64,000 nucleotides of DNA from Thermoanaerobaculia bacterium (GTDB lineage: Bacteria; Acidobacteriota; Thermoanaerobaculia; Multivoradales; Multivoraceae): positions 2,080,001-2,144,000 of the forward strand of contig OY761158.1 in assembly GCA_963664405.1 (NCBI GenBank), written 5' to 3'. The notes under the pieces were generated by a model that was not told the DNA's origin, searched no databases, and saw only the letters and a program-made list of their open reading frames with translations. The position numbers and the translations under genes were made by a program. This document shows positions 37,994 to 46,799 of this stretch, piece by piece. Every line of letters starts with the position of its first letter. Position 1 is the first letter of the stretch.

Positions 37994-39823
37994 ATGAGAC
38001 TCCACCCACTCCGGCCTCTCGCAAGCGCGCTGCTCGCGCTCGCGGCGAGCGTCGCTTTCGCCGCGCAGCGGCCCAACGTCATCATCGTCATGACCGACGA
38101 TCAGGGCTACCCCGAGCTCTCGGCCCACGGCAATCCGATCCTCGAGACCCCGAGCCTCGACCGATTGCACAACGAGAGCGTGCGCTTCCACGACTTTCAT
38201 GTCGCGCCGATGTGCACACCCACACGCGGCCAACTTCTCACCGGCGTCGATGCGGCGCGAAACGGGGCCATCAACGTGAGCAGTGGCCGCACCCTGCTCC
38301 GTCAAGGCTTTCCCACCATGGCCGATTTTTTCCGCGACAACGGTTACCGGACGGGGATCTTCGGTAAATGGCATCTCGGTGACAACACCCCCTCCCGTCC
38401 GGAGCAGCGCGGCTTCGAGGAGACACTGTGGTTCCCCTCGTCGCACATCAACTCGGTGCCGGACTTCTGGAACAACGACTACTTCGACGACACCTATACC
38501 CGCAACGGAGAGCGGGTGGCCTACAAGGGGTATTGCACCGATGTCTTCTTTCGCGAGGCGATGGCGTGGATGAAAGAACGCGCCGCGGCGAGCGAGCCCT
38601 TCTTTGCCTACATACCGACGAATGCGCCTCACGGACCGTTCTGGGCGCCCGACAACGAGCTGCGGCAAGCGAAACAAGCTCTAGCCGGCGTCGACCTACC
38701 GCAGATGGACTCGACGAATACGAAGCCGGGGTCGTTCGCCGGGTATCTGGCGATGATTCTCAACATCGATAACAATGTCGGCCGGCTGACCGAGTTTCTC
38801 GATGAAACAGGTCTCGCCGAGAACACCATCCTCGTCTTCCTCACCGACAACGGCAGCACCTTCGGACACCTCTACTTCAATGCCGGGATGCGTGGCAAAA
38901 AGACCGAGCTATGGGAGGGGGGCCACCGCGTGCCTCTGTTCATTCGCTGGCCGGGAGGCGGCTTCGGCCAGCCTCGTGATGTCGAGGGGCTGACCCAGGT
39001 CCAGGATCTCCTGCCGACTCTCATCGACCTCGCCGGGCTGGTCACGCCCGCTGCCCCGAAGTTCGACGGCATCAGTCTCGCTCCGGTCCTGCGCGGCCAC
39101 GCCACCGTGCCCGAGGATCGGATGTTGGTGATCAACTACAGTCGCATGCCCTTCGGCTTCGACTATCCATCGCCGGACAGCCCCTCGATCATGCGCAGAG
39201 AAGGCGCCGCGGTGCTATGGAAGCGCTGGCGCTTCGTGGAAGGCCGAGAGTTGTATGACCTCGCCGCCGATCCGATGCAGGAGAGAAACGTCGTAACAGA
39301 GCATCCGCGGGTGGCTGCCCGGATGCGCTCTCATCTCGACTCGTGGTGGTCTCGTGTCGGCGAAGGCGCGAATGAGCCGCAAGCGACAACCATCGGCAGC
39401 GACGCAGAGAATCCGATGATGCTGACCGCTTGCGAATGGTTGGACGTGTTTGTCGATCAGCAGGGCCAGATCCGGCGAGGTGTGCGCAAGAACGGCTACT
39501 GGCACCTCGATGTTGCCGCAGCCGGCACCTACGAGTTAGAGCTGCGCCGGTGGCCTCGCGAGGCAGACACGCCTCTTAGGGCAGGCCTGCCGCCAGTGAC
39601 GCTGACAGCGGGTAGCCGAAACGCAGGGGCCGCACTTCCGATCGCGGCGGCGCGCATCTTGGTCGGCGGCAGCAGCATGGCAAAAGAAGTGAGCCCAGAG
39701 GACCGGTCCGTGACTTTCGAGGTCGAGCTCGAGCCAGGCCCCACCCTGCTGCACACATGGTTCGACGACGAGCATAACGAGCCCATCACGGGCGCATACT
39801 ACGTTTACATCCGGCGGAAATGA
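37994..39823 (+). CDS. Secreted arylsulfatase (Cys-type) with C-terminal extension
   Basis: Signal peptide, PNVIIVMTDDQG, CTPTRGQLLTG, GKWHLG, TDNG, EGGHRVP. Confidence 0.92.
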   Translation: MRLHPLRPLASALLALAASVAFAAQRPNVIIVMTDDQGYPELSAHGNPILETPSLDRLHNESVRFHDFHVAPMCTPTRGQLLTGVDAARNGAINVSSGRTLLRQGFPTMADFFRDNGYRTGIFGKWHLGDNTPSRPEQRGFEETLWFPSSHINSVPDFWNNDYFDDTYTRNGERVAYKGYCTDVFFREAMAWMKERAAASEPFFAYIPTNAPHGPFWAPDNELRQAKQALAGVDLPQMDSTNTKPGSFAGYLAMILNIDNNVGRLTEFLDETGLAENTILVFLTDNGSTFGHLYFNAGMRGKKTELWEGGHRVPLFIRWPGGGFGQPRDVEGLTQVQDLLPTLIDLAGLVTPAAPKFDGISLAPVLRGHATVPEDRMLVINYSRMPFGFDYPSPDSPSIMRREGAAVLWKRWRFVEGRELYDLAADPMQERNVVTEHPRVAARMRSHLDSWWSRVGEGANEPQATTIGSDAENPMMLTACEWLDVFVDQQGQIRRGVRKNGYWHLDVAAAGTYELELRRWPREADTPLRAGLPPVTLTAGSRNAGAALPIAAARILVGGSSMAKEVSPEDRSVTFEVELEPGPTLLHTWFDDEHNEPITGAYYVYIRRK

Positions 39824-39842
39824 CCGTCTCACTCCCGCTTGA

Positions 39843-41423
39843 GTGGCGCGCCCCAGCAAGATGAGCATCCGCAGCCTGGCCGGGTTGATCCGGCACCAAG
39901 CCGAGCAGCGAGCGGACGAGAAGGCCCTCACCTTCGAAGATCAAACCAGGACCTACCGCGAGCTCGACGAACGCTCGAGTCGCCTGGCACAGGCCCTCGA
40001 CGCTCTGGGGGTGGGAGAGCAAGATCGAATCGGCGTCTTGGCGAAGAACACGCCGGAGTACTTCGAGATCCTGTTCGCTGCGGCGAAGCTCAACGCCGTC
40101 ACGGTGGCCATCAACTGGCGGCTGGCACCAGGTGAGATACGCCAGATCCTCGACGACTCTAAGGCGGTGAGCCTGTTCGTCGGCGAGAACTTCACAAAGC
40201 TCGTGGAACCCTTCCGAGACGACCTCTCGCACCTCCGGCAGGTCGTGGTCTTGGACGCCGATCGCCCTGTCGATGACGGCTTCCAGAACCTTCTCGAGCG
40301 CTTCCCTCCACTGGACCCGGGGGTGGAGCCCCGACCAGGGGACGTCTGCTGCCAGATCTACACTTCCGGCACCACGGGTCTTCCCAAGGGCGTGATGCTC
40401 ACCCATGCCGGCGTACTCTCCCAGATCTCCTCCGCCACCCCGGTCACACGATTCACCCCCGAATCGGTCAACCTGGTGGCGATGCCGCTGTTTCACGTAT
40501 CGGGTTGTGGCTGGGGTCTCATGGGCTTCTACAGCGGGTGCCACAACGTGCTTCTCGCGGGTGCGAATCCGGGCGAGATCGTCCGGGCGATCGAGCGCCA
40601 TCGGATCACGCACGCCTTTTTCGTCGTTCCCCTCCTCGAAACTCTGCGACAGGCTGTCGAGAAGGGCAGGGCGGACCTGTCCAGCCTGCGCAGTGTTGCC
40701 TACGGCGCCTCTGCCATCTCCCCAGAGGTCTTGCAACGGGCCCTCGACACCTTCGGGTGCGCCTTCACCCAGGGCTACGGTCTGACCGAGACCAGCGGCG
40801 CCGTCATCTACCTATCTCCCGAAGATCACACTGCCCACGGTTGTCATCCCGAGCGCCTGCGCTCCGCAGGCAAGCCGGCTTCGGGAGTGGAAGTTCGTGT
40901 TGTCGACCCCGGCAGCGGTTCCGACGTAGCCGAGGGGGCGGTAGGAGAGATATGGATCCGCGGACCCCAGAACATGAAGGGCTACTGGAACCAGGCAGAG
41001 GAGACATCCAAGACCCTGACCGAGGACGGGTGGGTACGCAGCGGCGACGCCGGCTACAGCTGCGATGACTACCTTTACCTTCAGGATCGTTTGAAGGACA
41101 TGGTGATCTCCGGCGGCGAGAACATCTACCCGGCAGAGGTGGAGAGGGTGTTGGCGGACCACCCCGCGGTGGGCGAGGTGGCGGTGATCGGCGTGCCCGA
41201 CGAGAAATGGGGCGAGACCATCAAAGCGATGGTCGTAGGCAAGGCCGGCCTCTCTTCCACCGCCACAGAGCTCATTGCCTACTGCCGCGAGAATCTGGCC
41301 CACTACAAGTGTCCAACCTCGGTCGAGCTGGTGGAGAATCTCCCCCGCAATGAGATGGGAAAGATCCTCAAGTCGGAGCTGCGTGAGCGCTTCTGGAAGG
41401 ACCATGAGCGTCGCGTTAACTGA
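39843..41423 (+). CDS. Long-chain fatty acid--CoA ligase
   Basis: YTSGTTGLPKG, QGYGLTET, RSGD, SGGENIYPAEVE. Confidence 0.92.
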   Translation: MARPSKMSIRSLAGLIRHQAEQRADEKALTFEDQTRTYRELDERSSRLAQALDALGVGEQDRIGVLAKNTPEYFEILFAAAKLNAVTVAINWRLAPGEIRQILDDSKAVSLFVGENFTKLVEPFRDDLSHLRQVVVLDADRPVDDGFQNLLERFPPLDPGVEPRPGDVCCQIYTSGTTGLPKGVMLTHAGVLSQISSATPVTRFTPESVNLVAMPLFHVSGCGWGLMGFYSGCHNVLLAGANPGEIVRAIERHRITHAFFVVPLLETLRQAVEKGRADLSSLRSVAYGASAISPEVLQRALDTFGCAFTQGYGLTETSGAVIYLSPEDHTAHGCHPERLRSAGKPASGVEVRVVDPGSGSDVAEGAVGEIWIRGPQNMKGYWNQAEETSKTLTEDGWVRSGDAGYSCDDYLYLQDRLKDMVISGGENIYPAEVERVLADHPAVGEVAVIGVPDEKWGETIKAMVVGKAGLSSTATELIAYCRENLAHYKCPTSVELVENLPRNEMGKILKSELRERFWKDHERRVN

Positions 41424-41453
41424 AACAGCGCCGGTGAGCCAACGGAGACAAAT

Positions 41454-42242
41454 ATGAGCCCGGACGAACCCACCCTGCTGACCCGCACCGTTGACGGCGT
41501 TCTGACGCTGAGCCTAAACCGTCCGAAGAAGCTCAACGCCCTGACTTACGAGATGATCGGCCTGCTGCTCGAGAATCTCGACCGCGCAGCCAACGACGAC
41601 GACATTCGCGCTGTCGTCCTGATCGGGGTGGGCCGAGCTTTCAGCTCTGGCGACGACATCGTCGCCAAGGGTGAGCCGCCGTTCGGAGTGCCGCCGGGCT
41701 CCCATCCGGTGCGCGAGCTGCCTCAACGCCTGGTCAAGACCTGGTACTGGCTGCGAAAGCCCTGCGTAGCCGGCATCCGCGGACACTGTCACGGCCTGGC
41801 TCACGATCTCGCGCTCGCCGCGGACTTCCGAGTGGTTTCCAAAACCACGGTATTCGGCGACCTGCGAGCCCGGATCGCCGCCCCCGTGGCAACTGGGGGC
41901 TCGTATCTGCTGCCCCGTCTGATCGGACTGCCGGCCGCCACCAATCTGCTGCTCACCGGAGACACTCTCGACGCCGAGGCCATGGACCGGTTCGGGCTGG
42001 TGACGCGCCTGGTCGAGGACGAGCGGCTGGAGGAAGAGACCCAAGACCTGGCGGCGAGCCTGGCCCAAGGCCCGACCAAGGCCCTGGGGTTGACGAAGTA
42101 TCAGATGCGCCGCAACCTGGAAACGACTTTCGCCGAAGCGATGGAGCTCGAGTTGGAGCTCCACGACGTGCCGCTGGAAGATCGCGTCGAGGGGGTGCGC
42201 TCCTTCGTCGAGAAGCGCGCGCCCCGCTACACCGGGCGCTGA
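41454..42242 (+). CDS. Enoyl-CoA hydratase/isomerase (crotonase) family
   Basis: LNRPKKLNAL, RAFSSGDD, LPRLIG, EGVRSFVEKRAPRYTGR. Confidence 0.88.
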   Translation: MSPDEPTLLTRTVDGVLTLSLNRPKKLNALTYEMIGLLLENLDRAANDDDIRAVVLIGVGRAFSSGDDIVAKGEPPFGVPPGSHPVRELPQRLVKTWYWLRKPCVAGIRGHCHGLAHDLALAADFRVVSKTTVFGDLRARIAAPVATGGSYLLPRLIGLPAATNLLLTGDTLDAEAMDRFGLVTRLVEDERLEEETQDLAASLAQGPTKALGLTKYQMRRNLETTFAEAMELELELHDVPLEDRVEGVRSFVEKRAPRYTGR

Positions 42243-42270
42243 ACGGAGCCGAGACGAAGCCTCTCTGAGA

Positions 42271-43836
42271 TCACTGCGTCTCTTCCCCGAACAGCCGCTC
42301 GAGATGCTCCGGGGGAAGCGGGCTGCTGACGAGTGAGACGATGACGGTGATGACCACAGAGACGATCTGACCAAGGGCGGCGCAAGAAAAGGGGTTCGGA
42401 GCTTCGCCTCGCAGCCAAACCAGGACGCCCGCCACGCCTGTGCCGTCGAGCCAGGCCGGATCCAGGATCCCGGAGTGGAGCACCGAAAAGGTCACAACAC
42501 CGCCGACGAGCCCTGCTACGGCTCCAGCACGGGTTACGCCCTGCCACACCGAGCCAAGCACGAGCGGGCCCGCAAACCCCGCCATCATCCCGCCGAGACC
42601 GATCCACACCAGCAGCGTCACGTTCATTTCCATCAACAACCAGGCCAGAGCGGCACAGAGAAGCAGAAAGCCCACGGTACTCCAGCGACTGATCTCGAGT
42701 GCTCGACGATCCACCTCGTGGCTTGACAGCTGACGGCCCCAGCGCGGAATGAAGCTGCGACGATAGAGGTCGTTGGCGATGATCTGGGAGGAAGACACCA
42801 CCAGGCCATCCGCCGTGGACATGACGGCCGAGAGGATTCCGATCCCGAGAAGAGCGGCCAACCAGGGAGGAAATAGGTGGATGAAAAGCATGGGAAGGGA
42901 TTCGTTGGGAGTCGATCCCGGTGCTAGGAGGGCGTCGCCAAAGACCGCCCTGGCGAGGAGCCCGCCGAGGCCCAGAGACGACAGCAGGAGGAAGATACCC
43001 ATGGTCAGCCAGACGAAGCGTCGGCGCATCCGAGTTTCCCGGAGCGCCCAGAGTTTGTTGCCGATGTGGGGGAGGAGGCCCAGCGGGACGTGAGCCAAGA
43101 CGAGGGCAACGAGGGACCACCAGGAGTGGAAGAGCGGGGTATCGGGATTGAGCAGCCGAAGCGCGTTGGCGTCGAGCTCTTCCACGGCCTTCAGCACCCC
43201 TCCTGCCCCTCCGCCTACGCCGGCGCCGAAGGCGAACAGGACGATCACGAGGATGGCGATGAGAAGCATGAGAAAGCCTTGCACGCCGTCGGTGAGGATG
43301 TCCGCGTGCGCGCCTCCCAGGGACACATAGACACCCAGGACCGTCGTGGTCAGAGCAAGACCCCAGAAGGGGGAGATGCCCAACATGACTTCGAACATGA
43401 CCAGGCCGGCCACGATCTGGCCGGTGAGGTAGAGGAGTAGGAGCAGCGAGAAGAGCGCCACTGCGATGCGCAGACCGTCGGACTGGTAGCGGTCACCCAG
43501 GAACTCGGGAATCGACCGGTTGCCGAAGCGATGGCCGGCGATGGTGATGAGCCTCATGGAGAGGCTCAGACCCAGGAAGGCCCCCACCGGCGCGAGCACG
43601 GCCGCCCACAGAGAGGAGATTCCTACTTCGTAGGCGATGCCCGGCGAGCCGAGGAAAGTAGCTCCGCTCGAGATCGTCGACGCCGTCGCCAGGGCGAGAA
43701 AGACTGGTCCGTAGCTACCGCGGGCGGTGGCGAAGTCATCGGCGCCCCGGACGCGGGTGCGGCCGACGAGGCCAAGTACGACCATCATGCCGACGAAGAG
43801 GGCGAGGAATAGCCACGACCAGGTGGTCAGATCCAT
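42271..43836 (-). CDS. Sodium:solute symporter (PutP/PanF-like)
   Basis: SGATFLGSPG, SIPEFLGDRY, TDGVQG, SAVMSTAD, many TM segments. Confidence 0.9.
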   Translation of the reverse strand: MDLTTWSWLFLALFVGMMVVLGLVGRTRVRGADDFATARGSYGPVFLALATASTISSGATFLGSPGIAYEVGISSLWAAVLAPVGAFLGLSLSMRLITIAGHRFGNRSIPEFLGDRYQSDGLRIAVALFSLLLLLYLTGQIVAGLVMFEVMLGISPFWGLALTTTVLGVYVSLGGAHADILTDGVQGFLMLLIAILVIVLFAFGAGVGGGAGGVLKAVEELDANALRLLNPDTPLFHSWWSLVALVLAHVPLGLLPHIGNKLWALRETRMRRRFVWLTMGIFLLLSSLGLGGLLARAVFGDALLAPGSTPNESLPMLFIHLFPPWLAALLGIGILSAVMSTADGLVVSSSQIIANDLYRRSFIPRWGRQLSSHEVDRRALEISRWSTVGFLLLCAALAWLLMEMNVTLLVWIGLGGMMAGFAGPLVLGSVWQGVTRAGAVAGLVGGVVTFSVLHSGILDPAWLDGTGVAGVLVWLRGEAPNPFSCAALGQIVSVVITVIVSLVSSPLPPEHLERLFGEETQ

Positions 43837-43891
43837 AAGCTACGAGCCTACGATAGGAGAGGAGATTCCCTAGGATATCCTGTCAACCTGC

Positions 43892-45778
43892 ATGCACCTT
43901 CTATGGGCTCTCGTCCTCCTGTGTATCTGCGCCTGCGGCGTCGAAAGCGGGCCGCGCGACGAGGTTGCTGGCAGTGCTGAGCTGGAACCGGCCACGGAGG
44001 CGAACCGGCTGCGCAACGCCTATTTCGGCGACCTCCACGTCCACACCAAGTACTCCCTCGACAGTTACACCTTCGGCAATCAGCTGAGCCCTCGGGACGC
44101 CTACCTCTTTGCCCGCGGTGGTGTAGTAACCGTGAGCGACGGCGCGAGTCAGCAACTGGCGGAGCCTCTCGACTTCGCGGCGGTCACCGACCACGTCGAG
44201 ACGCTGGTGGAGTACGCCAGGTGCGTGGAAGGAAGCGGCGAAGTCCATGACTCTCCTTTCTGTGCCGCCGTCCGTACTCGCGACTCCAATATGATGACGC
44301 GCCTCCGCGCCCAGGTCGCCGACCGCCCCCAACACCATCCGGAAGTCTGCCCCGAGGGGCCATCGTGCAGTGAGGCGGTTGCAGGACCCTGGCGCGAGAT
44401 CCGCCGTGCCGCCGAAGAGTTTTACGAGCCGGGCCGCTTCACCACTTTCATCGCCTACGAGTATTCCCCTCCGCTCGAGGACGGTGGCATGTTGCACCGT
44501 AACGAGATCTTCCGCGGCTCCGAAGTGCCCGAGGTGCCGCTCGGCTTCTTCGAGCTGCCCACAGCACAGGACCTGTGGCGCTGGCTGGACATGACTTGCA
44601 CAGGCCCTTGCAAGGTTCTCTCCATTCCTCACAACACCAACTTCTCGTGGGGCCTCGCTTTCACCGCCAATTCCGAGAACGGAGGCCCTCTTTCGCGGCG
44701 CATGCTGCAGACCCGGGCCGAGCTCGAAAGGCTGGTCGAGATCATCCAACACAAGGGCTCATCCGAATGCGCGGTAGGTGTCGGCACCACCGACGAAGAG
44801 TGCGCTTTCGAGCAGATCTTCGAGCCCTGCACCGGCGACCGGGAGACCGCCTGCGCCCGCGAAGGCTCGTACGCACGGGACGCGCTCGCCTCCGGCCTCG
44901 CGCACCAGCGCGAGATCGGTTTCAATCCGTTCAAGCTCGGCTTCATCGGCAGCACCGATACCCACGAGGCGATCCCGGGGGCGGTCGAGGAGGATCGCTA
45001 TCTGGGCCACTTCGGAACGGTCGACGACTCCACCGCCAAGCGGCTCACCGGCAACACCCTTCCGGCCGGAACGCACGCCCTCCTTGGTGAGCGGGCCGGC
45101 AACGCTCTTTACAACCCAGGGGGGCTCGCCGGCGTGTGGGCGGAGTCGAACACCCGAGAGTCGATCTACGACGCCCTGCGCCGTCGCGAGACCTTCGCCA
45201 CCAGCGGCCCTCGCATTCGCGTCCGACTCTTCGGCGGCTGGGATTACGCCTCGGATCTCCACCTGAAGGCGAAGGCGGTAGCCCTCGCCTACGAGGAAGG
45301 GGTGCCCATGGGCGGGGACCTGCCGCTCACATCCGACGACAGAGCTCCCCGCTTTCTAGTTCTCGCCAGCAAGGACCCGGAAGGCGCGGACCTCGACCGC
45401 ATCGAGCTGATCAAGGTCTGGGTCGTCGAGGGTGAGAAGCGGGAGCGCATCTACGACGTGGCGTGCTCTGACGGTCGCGAGGCCGATTCCGGGAGCGGGC
45501 GCTGTGCCAGGAGTGGCGCAGGTGTGGACCTTTCAGACTGCAGCGTCGCCGGCGGCCGAGGAGCAGCGGAGCTTGGGACGGTGTGGATCGACCCCGACTT
45601 CGATCCGCGCACGCCGGCTCTCTACTACGTACGGGTGCTAGAGAACCCGACCTGCCGGTGGACGACTTTGGAGTCCTTGCGCACCGGACTCCCGCCTCCA
45701 GCTCAAGTACCGGCAACGATCCAAGAGCGCTCCTGGAGCTCTCCGATCTGGTATTCCCCGCCTAGTCTACGGAAGTGA
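43892..45778 (+). CDS. DUF3604 domain lipoprotein (PHP-like metallohydrolase)
   Basis: Lipobox-like CAC, YFGDLHVHT, VTDH, IAYEYS, IPHN, HKGSSEC, GSTDTH, FATSGPR, QERSWSSPIWY. Confidence 0.88.
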   Translation: MHLLWALVLLCICACGVESGPRDEVAGSAELEPATEANRLRNAYFGDLHVHTKYSLDSYTFGNQLSPRDAYLFARGGVVTVSDGASQQLAEPLDFAAVTDHVETLVEYARCVEGSGEVHDSPFCAAVRTRDSNMMTRLRAQVADRPQHHPEVCPEGPSCSEAVAGPWREIRRAAEEFYEPGRFTTFIAYEYSPPLEDGGMLHRNEIFRGSEVPEVPLGFFELPTAQDLWRWLDMTCTGPCKVLSIPHNTNFSWGLAFTANSENGGPLSRRMLQTRAELERLVEIIQHKGSSECAVGVGTTDEECAFEQIFEPCTGDRETACAREGSYARDALASGLAHQREIGFNPFKLGFIGSTDTHEAIPGAVEEDRYLGHFGTVDDSTAKRLTGNTLPAGTHALLGERAGNALYNPGGLAGVWAESNTRESIYDALRRRETFATSGPRIRVRLFGGWDYASDLHLKAKAVALAYEEGVPMGGDLPLTSDDRAPRFLVLASKDPEGADLDRIELIKVWVVEGEKRERIYDVACSDGREADSGSGRCARSGAGVDLSDCSVAGGRGAAELGTVWIDPDFDPRTPALYYVRVLENPTCRWTTLESLRTGLPPPAQVPATIQERSWSSPIWYSPPSLRK

Positions 45779-45781
45779 TGG
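45761..45781 (-). repeat. Partial copy (distal arm) of the two-hairpin repeat
   Basis: CCTAGTCTACGGAAGTGATGG matches the reverse complement of copy 2 (CCTAGCCTCCGGAAGTGATGG) at 19/21 positions. Confidence 0.45.
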
Positions 45782-45794
45782 AGGAGGAGCGAAG

Positions 45795-46178
45795 ATGGCA
45801 CATGAGTTTCACCACGGACACATCAAGTCGAAAGATCCCAGCAAGACTGCCCGCTGGTGGGCCGAGACATTCGGTGCGAAGGTCCTCGAGGAAAGAAACA
45901 TTCACGGGGCTCTCTTTGCTCCTGTAGAGATCAGTGGTGTCGTCATCAACATCTCCACTCCTATAGAAGAGGAAAGAGACAAGATGAGCGATGGTGATGC
46001 GGGTCTCCGCTATGGCTTCGAGCACATCGGTTTGCTTACGGACGATCTCGAAGCCGATCTTGCCCGGATTGCGGAACAGGGATTGGAGATATTCGACGTG
46101 CGCGACTCACCGCAGGCCAAAATCGCTTTCGTGGAAACCCCCGACAAAGTGCGGGTCGAGCTCATCCAACGCCGCTAG
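45795..46178 (+). CDS. VOC/glyoxalase family protein
   Basis: FHHGH, GFEHIGL, AFVETPDKVRVELIQ. GGAGGAGG RBS. Confidence 0.85.
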   Translation: MAHEFHHGHIKSKDPSKTARWWAETFGAKVLEERNIHGALFAPVEISGVVINISTPIEEERDKMSDGDAGLRYGFEHIGLLTDDLEADLARIAEQGLEIFDVRDSPQAKIAFVETPDKVRVELIQRR

Positions 46179-46466
46179 CTCCGCTTGGGTAAGCGGCTGG
46201 TGCCGTAGAGCTCCGCCACTTGGGGCCCCACCGCCCTCTTCAGCACCCCCTCGTTGCCGCTGCCCAAGACCGGGAGCGAGCGGTCGAAGGCACCCGAGAT
46301 GTCGAGAGCTCCCGGTACGGCGGAAATGCCGCGACCTCGCATAGCCGTGGTCTGGTCCCAGAGACATGATCTCCGTTGGCTACCACCGCATCGGGCGCAA
46401 AAGAGAGACCACGAGCGAGAAGCTACCCACGGAATCAGTGGGTCGACCCGTAAAGGTTCGCCGGCC

Positions 46467-46799
46467 AGCGGCAGCTGGAAGTTGATCCACTTCGGAGAAT
46501 CGGTGGCGCTCGACGAGCATCCGACAGGTAAGATCGAGCTCTACAAGCTCGCCTCCGAGGCCGGAGAGACGAAGGACCTTGTGGAGCGGCATCCCCAAAT
46601 CGTCAAGGAGCTCTTTGCAAAAATGCACAAATTCCGCCTGATGGCGCCGAGCGCCGCAACCGCCGACTTCTACGACGGCGCCCCGCAAGAAACGCGGGAC
46701 TTCCACGCCCTGTTTCGTCAGGGGGAAGCACCTGACGACCTCAACCATGCGATCCCCGGCGTCGTGGCCCCGGTTCAGTGGCGCATTCCTTCCCTATGA
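46467..46799 (+). pseudogene. Sulfatase C-terminal remnant
   Basis: GSWKLI...IELYKLASEAGETKDLVERHPQIVKEL. Its stop overlaps the next start (ATGA). Confidence 0.65.
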
